In this document: positions 35,113-45,465 of the stretch, piece after piece
Layout of the letters: every line of letters starts with the position of its first letter
Numbering within the stretch: the stretch's first letter is position 1
Assembly: GCA_002308795.1 (NCBI GenBank)
Contig: DBVV01000068.1
Location: 1,076-49,412 of the forward strand
DNA length: 48,337 bases
Direction: 5' to 3'
Source of the DNA: Mageeibacillus sp. UBA1255
GTDB taxonomy: Bacteria; Bacillota; Clostridia; UBA1212; UBA1255
Made by a program: the position numbers and the translations under genes
The notes under the pieces: generated by a model
The model's input: only the letters and a program-made list of their open reading frames with translations
Databases searched by the model: none
What the model was told of the DNA's origin: nothing

Positions 35113-35982
35113 ATGAAAACAGGAATCGGATGGAGCCCGGAAAACATAAAAGACATTGACAACGCCGAAAGATCGCTCACCGAGATCAGATCGCTCGGTT
35201 ATGACTGCGTCGATCTTCAGTCGTTCTGCAACACCGGAGACGTTTTTTTTAACGGCAGCATAGCGGATATGGAGAAGCTGCTTTTGAGGATCAGGTCCGC
35301 GGCTGACAATGCCGGTATCACGATCTCTCAGACGCACGGTCCCTGGCGCTGGCCTCCCAGAGACGGGACGAAGGAAGAGCGCGACGAACGGTTTGAAAAA
35401 ATGACCCGTTCTCTTGAAGGTACCGCGATGGCAGGATGTACCGATATGGTCATCCACCCGATCATGCCGTTCGGCGATAACAGTAATCCCGATCCGGACC
35501 GGTTCATGGAGATGAACCTTGAATTCTTCACGAGACTGACCGCTAAAGCCCGAAGCTTCGGCGTAACGATAGATTTCGAAAACATGCCCATGCCGGTATT
35601 GACGCTCGCGACACCGCACCAGATACTCGAATTCGCTAAAAAGATCGATTCTCCGTTTTTCCGAGTCTGCCTTGACACCGGACACTGCACGATGAACCAC
35701 GTTGACCCCGCCGATGCCGTACGAGAGATCGGAAAGCAGTACCTTCGAGTGCTTCACGTGCACGATAATAACGGTGTGAGCGACCTGCACTGGCTGCCCG
35801 AGACCGGCGTGATAGACTGGAAGGCATTTTCACGGGCGCTTCAGGAGATAGGATACGACGGAGTGTTCTCGCTCGAGACGAACGTTAAGCGCGAAAATCT
35901 TTCAGATGATGAGTTTCTGCAAAAAAAGTTGGAACTGTCCGCAGTCGCACGCAGGCTGGCTAATCCTGCCACTTCGGAATAA
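35113..35982 (+). CDS. Sugar phosphate isomerase/epimerase (xylose isomerase-like TIM barrel)
   Basis: VIHP..., FENMP, CLDTGHC and HVHDNNG are typical AP_endonuc_2-fold motifs. The RBS is GGAGGG. Confidence 0.8.
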   Translation: MKTGIGWSPENIKDIDNAERSLTEIRSLGYDCVDLQSFCNTGDVFFNGSIADMEKLLLRIRSAADNAGITISQTHGPWRWPPRDGTKEERDERFEKMTRSLEGTAMAGCTDMVIHPIMPFGDNSNPDPDRFMEMNLEFFTRLTAKARSFGVTIDFENMPMPVLTLATPHQILEFAKKIDSPFFRVCLDTGHCTMNHVDPADAVREIGKQYLRVLHVHDNNGVSDLHWLPETGVIDWKAFSRALQEIGYDGVFSLETNVKRENLSDDEFLQKKLELSAVARRLANPATSE

Positions 35983-36910
35983 AGCTTTCGCTGATCGTTC
36001 CGCCTTCCTGGATATACGCGTATTCAGGCGCCAATTCTTCCAGTGTTTTTACGGCTTTTCTGTATTCTCCCCTGCCTACCGGACGCATCAGTTCGGGAAA
36101 GGCCGAAAGACGCGGATCTGCATCCGGTATCGGAGTATACTGGTTCATAAGACTGTAAATAATACCGTCACCGAATTTTGAATATATTTTTTTAATTATT
36201 TTAGAGGCGGCGTACGATCTTCCCGGAAGCACGAGATGGCGTACGATCACGCCTCTTTTCAGCATTCCGTCGCTGTCGAATTCAAGACCGCGGCCTGTTA
36301 TCTCGAACATCTTTTCGAGCGCTCTTTCAGCGTTTTGCACGTATTTATCCGTTCCGGAGTATTTGAGCGCGGTGGCGTCGGTCAGGTATTTGAAGTCTGT
36401 CAGGAATATCTGGACGGTGCCTTCCAGCTTCCCGATCATCTCTGCTCTCTCGAATCCGCCGGTATTGTAGACCAGAGGCACGTTTAGACCGCGTTTGCGA
36501 GCGTTTTTAGCCGCCGTTACGATCGAGGGCATATAATGAGTGGGTGTGACGAGATTCACGTTGTAGGCCCCGTCAGCCTCCAATTTGAGCATCGCGTTTT
36601 CGAGCTGCGCGGTATCGGGATATTCCGTCACCTGCCGGGCGCAAGAGATCGCACCGGGACGGCTGATCTCATGATTCTGGCAGTAGACACATCCGAGTGA
36701 ACAATGCCTGAAAAAGATCGCCCCCGAGCCGCGCGACGGATCGCTTCCGGAAATACACGGTTCCTCCCATTTGTGGAGCATGCAAAGAGCGATCTCGGCA
36801 TTTACGCCGCTGCCGCAATACCCGCGAAAACCGCCCGTCCGGTCGACCCCGCACATTCGGGGGCATAATTCACATTTTCTATATAATTCCTCGATCCCGG
36901 TATCGTCCAT
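35960..36910 (-). CDS. Radical SAM protein, PflX-like (homolog of pyruvate formate-lyase activase)
   Basis: The N-terminal CELCPRMCGVDR, the radical SAM motif CSLGCVYCQN and the size fit the PflX group. The gene begins 2 nt after the Sel1-repeat gene ends, and its 3' end overlaps the convergent isomerase gene by 23 nt. Confidence 0.75.
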   Translation of the reverse strand: MDDTGIEELYRKCELCPRMCGVDRTGGFRGYCGSGVNAEIALCMLHKWEEPCISGSDPSRGSGAIFFRHCSLGCVYCQNHEISRPGAISCARQVTEYPDTAQLENAMLKLEADGAYNVNLVTPTHYMPSIVTAAKNARKRGLNVPLVYNTGGFERAEMIGKLEGTVQIFLTDFKYLTDATALKYSGTDKYVQNAERALEKMFEITGRGLEFDSDGMLKRGVIVRHLVLPGRSYAASKIIKKIYSKFGDGIIYSLMNQYTPIPDADPRLSAFPELMRPVGRGEYRKAVKTLEELAPEYAYIQEGGTISESFIPKWQD

Positions 36911-36912
36911 GA

Positions 36913-39900
36913 TCAGAACGCGATCTCAAGCTCTCTGCAAAGATCTGCGGCATCCCTGCTGCCGTGTATAGCCGCACGTTTAAGATACAGCCTGGCTTCG
37001 TCGCCTTCGATCTCGAACAGTTTCCTCTCAGTGTACATCGCCAGCTCCGCCTTCGCGTTCTCAAGCTGCGCAGACTTGAAGATCATTTCTTTTGCCTTAT
37101 CGAGAGCGTCGCGGTCTGTTACTTTTCCGTTCCCGGCATTTCTTGACCGCCTGAGATATATCTCGCCTGCACCGTATCTGGCCGCTCCGTCGCCGCGGTT
37201 CACACCTATAGTATACCATCCGAGCGCCTCATCATCCTCGAATAACCCGGCGATCTCACAGATCCGTCCGGCGGAATAGGCGTCGATCTGCACGGTGCAT
37301 TTAGCGTCTTTTCTGTAACCGCCCAGCAGATACCTGTATCCTCTGCGCCATATGTCTTTCAGTTCGTCTTCCCCGAACGTGTCGGGAACGTCATACGCGC
37401 GGATCAGAATGTCCGCCAGCTCGAACCTGACGTTATCGCGGCCGTATTCATCAAATACCGCGGTGAATTCTTTATCTGCTTTTTTGAGAAGCTGCGCGGC
37501 CTCGTCGGCATGCCTCTCACCTGCTTCCGCTGCTCTCCTCAACGCGTCCATACCCTCGATCTCGTGCCTGAGCTGTTCGGGATCTCCGAATTCATTGTCC
37601 GGCGGCAATATCCTTGCCGCGGCTTTAACGTCTTTTTCGCATCCGACGCCCAGGTAAAGTGCGCATGCGGAATAGTACTGGGCTCGCGGCGAGGACAATG
37701 CCGGTGTTTTGAGCGTTGCATACGCGCCGGTCTTCTCGACAGCGCCCGACGGTTTTGCGTCCGCGTTTTCTGCCATCGCTTTCAGCTGTTTTTTATACAG
37801 TATCACGCCGTATTCTTCCAAAGCGGCCGGTATCCTGCGCTCAGCACACGTTTTTACAGCCCATTCCTTATATCCGTCGCCGTCGGGAAGAGCCATCGCC
37901 TGCGTAAACACATCCTGCCACTGAGCAGGTTTGAAATAATTTTCCGCCGCCCTGCGCTTATCGATCGACGCGTCGCTGAGTTTATATCCTGCGTTTTCGG
38001 CTCTTTCCAGCCAGTAAAGGTACCTGGGGACGTTCTTCTCGCCGGTAAGAAGGCCGCTGTAATAAAGCTCGGCATTGTCCTTCATCGCTCTTGCACCGGC
38101 GTTCCTGTCGTCGGGATCTTCCGCGTTTTCTCCCGCATCGGCGCACATACTGTAATATTTGAATGCCTCTTCGTAATCGGCGGTCTGCTGACAGGTGCTG
38201 CCTGCGAAATACATGCTCTGGACGTCCTTACGTGATGCACCAAGCGCATAATGACGGAGGGCAAGTGAATTGTCCGCGCCGTTCTCCGGGAGCGAATAAT
38301 ACCGTCCAAGTACGCGTGCGGCTACGGGGCTGCCAAGTTTTTCGGCTGCATCGTATATTTTAAGCATAGCATCGTCATTGCCCTCTTTATGGAACATGGC
38401 GCCGAGCCTCAGAAGTTCGGACGTGCGCGTTTCGGTAAGTGCGAGCAGTCTCGATGCCTTGCGGTAATATCTTGAGTCCGCAGGGATCAGTTTAAGGAGT
38501 TTTTTACCCTGCTCCGTATCACGCTGTTCCCCTTCCGCGGTGATCATATAGAGAGCGTAAGCATAGAATGATTCGTACGGCATAAAATCCGGCCCATCGC
38601 AGAACGTTTCGGCAGGAGATCCTGCTTCGTATGCTTCATCACCGTCATCGGGTCCGTCTGCTTTTTCTGCTTCAGTGGAATCGCCGGCGTTCGTTTCTTC
38701 AACGGCATCGTCAGCTATTTTCCCCTCTTCCGAAGGCAGTGCCGCGGGCTCGTCCAGATCGTTACCGGTGATTTTCGCATCTTCTTCTGCCGAAGAGTCA
38801 GCGTCAGCTGCCTCCTCCGCCAATGCATCAGCCTCAGGCGCCGTTTCTTCCACCGCCGAATCCTCCGCCGCTGCATCCTCCTGCTCTTTTACAGGATCGC
38901 TTTCTTCGGCGGTTTTTTCGAGGTCAACATCATCCGGCTCGGAGGTTTCTATTTCTCCGTCCGGTGTATCAGGGGTCAATGCCTGTTCGGCGGCCGGAGC
39001 GTATTTCTCACAAAGCTCTTTATATATCGAAATAGCGCGCTCGCGGTCTTCTCCGGTGCCGAAGCCCGCCGCATACAGACGTGCCAGGACCTGCCGCCTG
39101 GGATCGGACTGCGCGTCGCATAAGAACCACATAAAAACGCTGAGCTTCTGTTCTTCGGTAAGCGCCGGGATCTTCAGCTCTTTCTGTTCCGACAATTCTT
39201 CCAGTTCGTCTATCATGTCGCGGTCATAGCATAATTTTTCGAGCAGTTCTCCGAGTTTTTCGTATACCTCGGAGTTTATTTCCTGAGATATCACGCTGAA
39301 CGGGACGCGCACGTTTCCGAAAGAATACCAGTTACCCGGATCGACGATCCCTTCAAAAAGGAAACGCATCATTTTGTTGAAATCGAATGAATCGTACGCC
39401 GAATAATGCTCGGCAGCGGCGATCTGCGCGATCCTGTCGCCATTGTCCGCCGCGTTTTCCAGAAGAGCGAGCGTCTCGGCCTGGCTTCTCGAAGTTTTAA
39501 GCAGGAAGGAACGCGTACGCATTGCCCCCGGATGGCCGGAAAGCTTTTCAGTATCGAATAATTCGCTGATTTCCTCGTCCGGAACACCGTTCTCGCCTTC
39601 GCGATGTGCCTTTTTTAAAGTTTTTTCAAAGCGCTTGTATGCTTTCAGTTCGGCTTTTCTGTTCCTTTTCGCGAACAGACCTGACGTGAGAGCAACGTAA
39701 GATGCCGCGCTTTCAACGTTTCCCAGAAGTGCGGAACGGAAAAATGCCGCGGCGGCTTCGTCGTTTTTACCGCAGAGTCGGGCGGCCCTTCCTTCGTTGG
39801 CATATTTTCTTGCAAGCGCATAACCGTTTTCCGTATACGGCTGCCAGTCGAGTTCATCGAGAAGCTGCTTCGGCGAGATCCCTGCGACGCCCAGAGCCTG

Positions 39901-40416
39901 CCTGACCTCATCAGACGTCTCAGAACGCGCAAGAAGATCTTCGATGGCATTCCTGAGCTGCTCTACCGTCATTCCGTCCTGCTCGAACCTTGCCCCGAGA
40001 CCAGGTGAGACCACGTCGCCTACGTACAGGTCACACAGAACGGCCTGAAGCGCAGGGTCGCCCTGGTCGGCTCCGGCACGCACTAACTCATATATAAAAT
40101 CCTGCCTGAAGACAGTATCGAAATCGAGGTCCGGGTCAATGCCGATCGCTTCGTTTATATTATCGACTGCGACCGTTCCGGCAGATTCGTTTTCCCCGCC
40201 CTTGAGCCTTAAAAAACCTACTGCTGCGGCAATGAGTATTTCTGCCGGTTCGTTACCGAGCTTCAGCGACAGTTTTTCGATATCCACGTTCATCAGCTTG
40301 TCGAGCGCTGTTTTTACGTCTGTTTCGCCTGATTCCGGCGTCAATAAAACATCGATATAATTTGAGATCTTCCGGCCCAACTTCTCTGTCAGCGCCGTTT
40401 TATCGAATAGTATCAT
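36913..40416 (-). CDS. Large Sel1/TPR-like repeat protein with a central acidic low-complexity region
   Basis: The ORF reaches 40434 (TTG). I prefer the ATG at 40416 (6 nt after GGAGGG). Sel1-like repeats include LARLYAAGFGTGEDRERAISIYKELCE, LGRYYSLPENGADNSLALRHY and YGAGEIYLRRS. Roughly residues 490-600 are an Asp/Glu/Ala-rich tract. There is no signal peptide. Confidence 0.7.
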   Translation of the reverse strand: MILFDKTALTEKLGRKISNYIDVLLTPESGETDVKTALDKLMNVDIEKLSLKLGNEPAEILIAAAVGFLRLKGGENESAGTVAVDNINEAIGIDPDLDFDTVFRQDFIYELVRAGADQGDPALQAVLCDLYVGDVVSPGLGARFEQDGMTVEQLRNAIEDLLARSETSDEVRQALGVAGISPKQLLDELDWQPYTENGYALARKYANEGRAARLCGKNDEAAAAFFRSALLGNVESAASYVALTSGLFAKRNRKAELKAYKRFEKTLKKAHREGENGVPDEEISELFDTEKLSGHPGAMRTRSFLLKTSRSQAETLALLENAADNGDRIAQIAAAEHYSAYDSFDFNKMMRFLFEGIVDPGNWYSFGNVRVPFSVISQEINSEVYEKLGELLEKLCYDRDMIDELEELSEQKELKIPALTEEQKLSVFMWFLCDAQSDPRRQVLARLYAAGFGTGEDRERAISIYKELCEKYAPAAEQALTPDTPDGEIETSEPDDVDLEKTAEESDPVKEQEDAAAEDSAVEETAPEADALAEEAADADSSAEEDAKITGNDLDEPAALPSEEGKIADDAVEETNAGDSTEAEKADGPDDGDEAYEAGSPAETFCDGPDFMPYESFYAYALYMITAEGEQRDTEQGKKLLKLIPADSRYYRKASRLLALTETRTSELLRLGAMFHKEGNDDAMLKIYDAAEKLGSPVAARVLGRYYSLPENGADNSLALRHYALGASRKDVQSMYFAGSTCQQTADYEEAFKYYSMCADAGENAEDPDDRNAGARAMKDNAELYYSGLLTGEKNVPRYLYWLERAENAGYKLSDASIDKRRAAENYFKPAQWQDVFTQAMALPDGDGYKEWAVKTCAERRIPAALEEYGVILYKKQLKAMAENADAKPSGAVEKTGAYATLKTPALSSPRAQYYSACALYLGVGCEKDVKAAARILPPDNEFGDPEQLRHEIEGMDALRRAAEAGERHADEAAQLLKKADKEFTAVFDEYGRDNVRFELADILIRAYDVPDTFGEDELKDIWRRGYRYLLGGYRKDAKCTVQIDAYSAGRICEIAGLFEDDEALGWYTIGVNRGDGAARYGAGEIYLRRSRNAGNGKVTDRDALDKAKEMIFKSAQLENAKAELAMYTERKLFEIEGDEARLYLKRAAIHGSRDAADLCRELEIAF

Positions 40417-40472
40417 CAGGATCCCTCCGGTCAAAATCGGTTAGAATTCTTGGCGGTCTTCCGTCTTTTAAT

Positions 40473-40501
40473 ATAATACCAAAAATCGGCGCGGCTTGCA
40501 A
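40473..40501 (-). promoter_or_regulatory. Promoter for the Sel1-repeat / PflX operon
   Basis: The minus strand reads TTGCAA, 17 nt, TATTAT, with an extended -10 TG. Confidence 0.6.
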
Positions 40502-40550
40502 GTTTTTATAGCAGCAGAGATAGAGGCAAAAGATCAAAAGATCACGGATG

Positions 40551-40580
40551 TTGACCGCGGGCAGAGCGAGCGAGTATAAT
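40551..40580 (+). promoter_or_regulatory. Promoter for the MFS transporter gene
   Basis: TTGACC (40551-40556), an 18-nt spacer, then TATAAT (40575-40580). The leader to the ATG at 40663 is about 80 nt. Confidence 0.6.
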
Positions 40581-40662
40581 GGTCAACGCGCGGCAGGACG
40601 ATCGCGTCATCCCGCCGGCAGAACATTTCCGGAAGACAGCCAAGTGGTAAAACGCGGCAGAT

Positions 40663-41979
40663 ATGAGCAAAATGGGTACTCTTAAAGCGAACAATGCTTC
40701 AAAAATCAAAGCGATGCTGATGGCTATATATACCGCCAGCTATCTTTGCCGTTACAGCTACGCGACCGTGCTCCCGGAAATGGTTAAAAGCACCGGGAAA
40801 ACGAAAACGGAATTGTCCGTGGCGGTCACGTGTCTGTTCGTATGCTACGGGATAGGCCAGCTGATCAGCGGCTTTCTCGGTGACAGGGTGCCTCCCAAGC
40901 GTCTTATAATCGCCGGTATGGCGTCGAGCATATGCCTTAACTGTATCGTCCCGTTCGTTCACACGACGTGGATCATCAACGTCATCTGGTGCCTTAACGG
41001 CCTTTCACAAGCATTTATATGGCCTCCCGTCGTTGCCCTCCTGGCAGCGCTCCTGACTTCCGAGGAGTATTCAAAAGGTGTGGTCTGGGTCTCGTACGGC
41101 GGTTATCTGGGCACAATACTGCTGTACCTTCTTTCTCCTCTTTTCATCCGCCTCTGGTCATGGCAGGGCACGTTCATATTCAGCGGCGTATGCGGACTTA
41201 TAATCATACTGTTCTTTGCTTTTTCGTTTCCTGACGTTCCTCCTGTGAAGCCGATGAAAAAGAGCCCGCCGCCTGCAGTCTCCGGTGAGCATGACGTTCC
41301 TGCGGAGTCTTCCCCTTCCTGCGATACCGCCGTTTCCACAAAGCCCGCTTCTTCGCCGGAGCCTCAAAAAAACGTCCGGTTCATCGCGCTCATAAGCCCG
41401 TCGCTGATAATCATAATGCTTTGCATTATAGCTCAGGGATTCATAAAAGACGGTATCACCACGTGGATGCCTACGTATATTTCGGAACTTTTCAATATCG
41501 ATTCGGCTGCATCTATCCTTACAGGCGTCCTGCTTCCGGTCTTCGCCATGATCTGTCTAAAACTGGCAAACGTGTTAAACCGCAAAGCGATCACCAATCC
41601 GATCACCTGCGCCGCCGCACTTTTCGGAGCAGGAGCTGTCTGTGCGCTGGCGCTTTTCATAATCAAAAGCGGAGCAGCACCGCTGACCGTATTGTTTTCT
41701 GTTCTGCTAACGGGGTCAATGCACGGCGTTAACCTTATGCTAATCTGTATGCTTCCGCTGTATTTCAAGGAAACGGGCAACGTTTCTACCGCTTCCGGTC
41801 TGCTGAATTTCACGACTTACGTAGGCAGTTCCGCATCGGCGTACGTGCTGGCGGCAATGTCGGAGAATATGAGCTGGAACACGATCTTCCTCATCATCGC
41901 CGCGATCGCTTTTATCGCAGGCATCGTCTGCATACTGGTGCGTAATTACAAAGCCGGTATCCGCGGAAGAAATAAGTGA
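40663..41979 (+). CDS. MFS transporter
   Basis: 438 aa with about 12 hydrophobic segments. The motif GFLGDRVPPKRL lies between TM2 and TM3. A central Pro/Ser-rich loop separates the two six-helix halves. Confidence 0.85.
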   Translation: MSKMGTLKANNASKIKAMLMAIYTASYLCRYSYATVLPEMVKSTGKTKTELSVAVTCLFVCYGIGQLISGFLGDRVPPKRLIIAGMASSICLNCIVPFVHTTWIINVIWCLNGLSQAFIWPPVVALLAALLTSEEYSKGVVWVSYGGYLGTILLYLLSPLFIRLWSWQGTFIFSGVCGLIIILFFAFSFPDVPPVKPMKKSPPPAVSGEHDVPAESSPSCDTAVSTKPASSPEPQKNVRFIALISPSLIIIMLCIIAQGFIKDGITTWMPTYISELFNIDSAASILTGVLLPVFAMICLKLANVLNRKAITNPITCAAALFGAGAVCALALFIIKSGAAPLTVLFSVLLTGSMHGVNLMLICMLPLYFKETGNVSTASGLLNFTTYVGSSASAYVLAAMSENMSWNTIFLIIAAIAFIAGIVCILVRNYKAGIRGRNK

Positions 41980-41986
41980 GCGGCGG

Positions 41987-42937
41987 TCAGTCAAAGTCCA
42001 GTGAGATAGTTTTTCCGTCGAAACCGCATTCCGCTCCGGGAAATGCATCGGCGGCCCGGTCAACGTATTCTTCGGGATCGTTCATACGCTGAGAGAAATG
42101 CGTGAGCCACAGCCTTTTAGCGCCTCCCGCTGACGCGATCCTTCCTGCCTGTGAAAACGTCATGTGACAGTATTCTTTCGCAGTCTCCGCATTTTCGTCA
42201 GATCCGTACGTAGCGTCGCAGATAAAAAGATCCGCGCCTTTAGCGGCCTGTTCAAGAGAAGGGCAGATACGCGTATCACCTGTAAATGAGATCTTTATGC
42301 CTTTTCTCGGCTTACCGAGGACGTCCGACGGAACGGCAGTTTTTTGATTGCCCTCCGCATCTGTATAAGTAACTTCGTTGCCTTCCTGGAGCATGTGCCA
42401 CAGCTGCTTCGGTATTCCTGCGGCCAATGCCTTTTTAGGCTGGAATTGACCTCTCCTGCCGAGAGTAAAAGTATAGCCGCAGCTTGTGACGCGATGATCC
42501 GTTTCGAAAGTGTAAAGGCGCGCCAGAGAAGGCCATTCGGGTATCTCTTTGCATAGTTCCAGACCGCCGTCTGGTATCGTCATCAGCCTTATTTCGTAAT
42601 CAAGATTACCGGCAAGAGCGAGCAGCGGGGCAAGTTCCTGAAGGAGCGTTCCCCCCTGTCTCACCGGTCCGACCAGATATAGCGGCCTTTCGCGTTCGCC
42701 CAGGTTCAGGCTTTGGAGCAGTCCCGGAATTCCGAAAACATGGTCGCCGTGATAATGCGTGAGTGCGATAACGTCGGTTCGCATCAGATTCACGCCTGCT
42801 TTTTTAGCCGCGGTCTGCGTGCCTTCACCGCAATCTAAAAGGATCGAACGGCCGTTAAGCGTTATGACGCACGAACTGAGCGCTCTTTCAGGCAGCGGGA
42901 CAGCCCCGGCGGTTCCTATAAGTGTTACATCGATCAT
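41987..42937 (-). CDS. rnz: Ribonuclease Z (metallo-beta-lactamase fold tRNA 3' endonuclease)
   Basis: VTLIGTAGAVP, LLDCGEGTQ and THYHGDHVFGIPGLLQS (HxHxDH). ATGA overlap with cca. Confidence 0.85.
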   Translation of the reverse strand: MIDVTLIGTAGAVPLPERALSSCVITLNGRSILLDCGEGTQTAAKKAGVNLMRTDVIALTHYHGDHVFGIPGLLQSLNLGERERPLYLVGPVRQGGTLLQELAPLLALAGNLDYEIRLMTIPDGGLELCKEIPEWPSLARLYTFETDHRVTSCGYTFTLGRRGQFQPKKALAAGIPKQLWHMLQEGNEVTYTDAEGNQKTAVPSDVLGKPRKGIKISFTGDTRICPSLEQAAKGADLFICDATYGSDENAETAKEYCHMTFSQAGRIASAGGAKRLWLTHFSQRMNDPEEYVDRAADAFPGAECGFDGKTISLDFD

Positions 42938-44250
42938 ACTATTTCACCGTTCTTAACTGCATTGACAACGATTTCCAAAGCATTGTCCCTGTCGATTCCC
43001 TGAAGCCGCAGCTTTTCTCCGAATTTTACGGCTTTCCCGATCACCGGTCCCGGCTCGATCCCGGATTTCAGAAGATCCTGTCCCGTGACGGCAGATCTTC
43101 CGACCCTTTCTTTATAAAGTGTAAGTGCGTCCCTTTTTTCGTCAAACGATACAGAAGCATTTGTGAGCGTTTCGCTCCGGTCCGGAAATGCGGCGCGAAG
43201 AGATGAAGCTACGATCTCCGAAAGCGAGAGCGCGTCATCCGGTGCATCAGTGCTTTCGAATATCTCAAGAAGTTTAAGAGTTCTTGAGGATCTTCTTTTA
43301 GGCAGCCGCCCGCATACAAGTTTCGCACAGGCTAAGGACGTCTTTTCGCAGTATTTTAAAAGTCTTCCGTTGCTGCTGATCCTTCTAAGCCAGGCGCATC
43401 CCGGCCTGACAGACTTCGCCGAGGAGGCCGTCACTGCTGCGCACATAAATCCGAGTTTGAAATCCGCGTCCGTGCATGCAGCCTTTGAAAGGATATCACG
43501 CATCAGAGACACCGACCGTTCATCGGCGTACGAGGCATCTATCTCGGGAAACCAGTATGATAATTGACCGATATCATGAAGGATGCCGAAAAAAACCGAC
43601 GGGTCGCGCGATTTTAAAAGCGCTTTTTCGAGTTCTCCGAATATACGTTCTTTGGAAAGCGCGGTAACGTCCATACCGGAACAAAGCTTCATTGTCGCCG
43701 GATCCGGCGTAAAACCGAAGCGCGCGGCGAACTGGGCCATTCTGAATACTCTCAAAGGATCTTCTGCGAAGCTCGTGTCGTCAACGTGTCTCAGGATACC
43801 GTTTTTCAGGTCGTCCTGACCGCCGAAGAAATCGAGTATCTCTCCGGTCAATACGTTCTGCATCAGTGCGTTTACGGTAAAATCGCGCCTTTTTGCGGCG
43901 TTTTTCTCTCCTATGAACGGGTCAACGTATACGGTGAAGTCCCTGTGGCCTCTCCCGGTTGCGTGTTCTCTCCTGGGCATCGCGATGTCGATATTATAAT
44001 GCCTTAAACTGAAAATCCCGAAACTCACGCCCATTGACACGACTTCGCCGAGATCAGAGAGCACTTCCTTCAGCTCTTCCGGCCTGATCCCGTGTACCTC
44101 GATATCGACGTCCATAGAATCACTGTCATTGCCCATAAGCATATCGCGAACAAAACCGCCGACAAAATAAGCGCAGCCGCCTCGCTGCGCCACTCTTCGG
44201 GCGATCTTCCGGGACATTTCTATGTTATTGATATCTGATCCGTTAAACAA
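42934..44250 (-). CDS. cca: CCA-adding tRNA nucleotidyltransferase
   Basis: YFVGGFVRDMLMG, DVDIEV and RRDFTVNAL, plus a C-terminal HD-like region. The start is either the TTG at 44250 or the ATG at 44217. Confidence 0.85.
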   Translation of the reverse strand: MFNGSDINNIEMSRKIARRVAQRGGCAYFVGGFVRDMLMGNDSDSMDVDIEVHGIRPEELKEVLSDLGEVVSMGVSFGIFSLRHYNIDIAMPRREHATGRGHRDFTVYVDPFIGEKNAAKRRDFTVNALMQNVLTGEILDFFGGQDDLKNGILRHVDDTSFAEDPLRVFRMAQFAARFGFTPDPATMKLCSGMDVTALSKERIFGELEKALLKSRDPSVFFGILHDIGQLSYWFPEIDASYADERSVSLMRDILSKAACTDADFKLGFMCAAVTASSAKSVRPGCAWLRRISSNGRLLKYCEKTSLACAKLVCGRLPKRRSSRTLKLLEIFESTDAPDDALSLSEIVASSLRAAFPDRSETLTNASVSFDEKRDALTLYKERVGRSAVTGQDLLKSGIEPGPVIGKAVKFGEKLRLQGIDRDNALEIVVNAVKNGEIV

Positions 44251-45426
44251 TTAACCACCGATATATTTGAGCGGTGACTGGGTCTCACCGTTCAGTATGA
44301 CCTCAAAGTGAAGATGAGGACCGGTAGCTCTGCCGGTCATTCCGGAATAAGCGATCCTCTCACCCTTCTGGACCTCTTCACCGACTTTAACTAATATTCT
44401 AGAAAGATGAGCGTATCTTGTCTTAAAACCGTTTCCGTGGTCAATAAGCACGCAATATCCGTACGACCCTTTTTCTCCCGCTTCAACGACCGTACCGGAA
44501 GCGGAGGCCCATACCGATGAACCGTGGTCACAACCGATATCGAGGCCTGAGTGGAATTTGGGTTCGCCTGTGAACGGATCTCTTCTCCATCCGTACGAAG
44601 ACGTGACGGCGATACCGTTAACAGGATAATAGTCGGGATAATGATCGAGATAGTAGCTTATCTCGGAGGACTCTTCTTCAAGATGCTGTATAAGGCCGTC
44701 CGCCTGGTCGGTCTCGCCGAGCACGTTCCTGATTATTTCAGCTGCGTAATCTGTTTCGCGGGCTGCTAAATACAGGTCGCCGGACCTTGAAGCAACGGAG
44801 TCGAAAATATCCAGGTCATTTATCATATCGACCAGTTCCTGGAGCTTCGCCTCTTCCGCCTGGGTTATCTCTGAAAGGTCCTTCTGATGTTTTTCTTCGA
44901 GTTCTTCTATATAGGCTTTGGTCTTGAGAATATCTTCTTCACGGTCTTTAAGCTGCTCTTTTTGCTCCGCCGTAAGCTTCTCGTAGTCTTCGATGACGTT
45001 GTGGAGCGCGGCGATATTAGCCGTAAGTGTATTCTTTACGTCAGTGTATTCTTCGCCGAGATTCTCATTGCTGAGCCTTAATTCTTCGTTGGCTTTCCGC
45101 ATGCTGCAGAATCCGATGGCGATCGCAAGTATGAGGCCGATGGCACATACCGCGCCGATGGATTCGATCAGTGATCTTCCGAATATTTTATCGATGCCGG
45201 AGCGGACTGAACGCGTTGAAAAAGCCTTTCTGCGTACGTATACTTTCCGGGCGGTGCGTTTACTCACACGTCCGTCGGCTACGTCCATCCAGAGGCGGTC
45301 AACTATCTTTTTTGATTCTTTTTTATCTGCCGCGTAAAACCGCATTCTTCCTGCTACTTCCATCCGTGCCGGGGAGACTTCAAAGCGTAGATATCCGATC
45401 GTCGGTCTGCCCTTTTTTTGCTGCAT
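44251..45426 (-). CDS. M23-family metallopeptidase with an N-terminal membrane anchor and coiled coil
   Basis: HSGLDIG...GYCVLIDHGNGFKTRYAHL...GRATGPHLHFEV (HxxxD and HxH). It has a transmembrane segment, AVCAIGLILAIAIGF. I prefer the ATG at 45426 because the TTG at 45456 lies almost at the predicted transcription start. Confidence 0.85.
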   Translation of the reverse strand: MQQKKGRPTIGYLRFEVSPARMEVAGRMRFYAADKKESKKIVDRLWMDVADGRVSKRTARKVYVRRKAFSTRSVRSGIDKIFGRSLIESIGAVCAIGLILAIAIGFCSMRKANEELRLSNENLGEEYTDVKNTLTANIAALHNVIEDYEKLTAEQKEQLKDREEDILKTKAYIEELEEKHQKDLSEITQAEEAKLQELVDMINDLDIFDSVASRSGDLYLAARETDYAAEIIRNVLGETDQADGLIQHLEEESSEISYYLDHYPDYYPVNGIAVTSSYGWRRDPFTGEPKFHSGLDIGCDHGSSVWASASGTVVEAGEKGSYGYCVLIDHGNGFKTRYAHLSRILVKVGEEVQKGERIAYSGMTGRATGPHLHFEVILNGETQSPLKYIGG

Positions 45427-45465
45427 ACGTAAACCCGCCCGGTTTTCACCGGACAAGACTTTTGG

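Noticed and set aside
34656-35790. Minus-strand ORFs of 174 aa (34656..35180) and 232 aa (35092..35790).
   Set aside because: They are antisense to rpmB, its promoter and the well-supported TIM-barrel isomerase gene. They have no RBS and no recognisable motifs.
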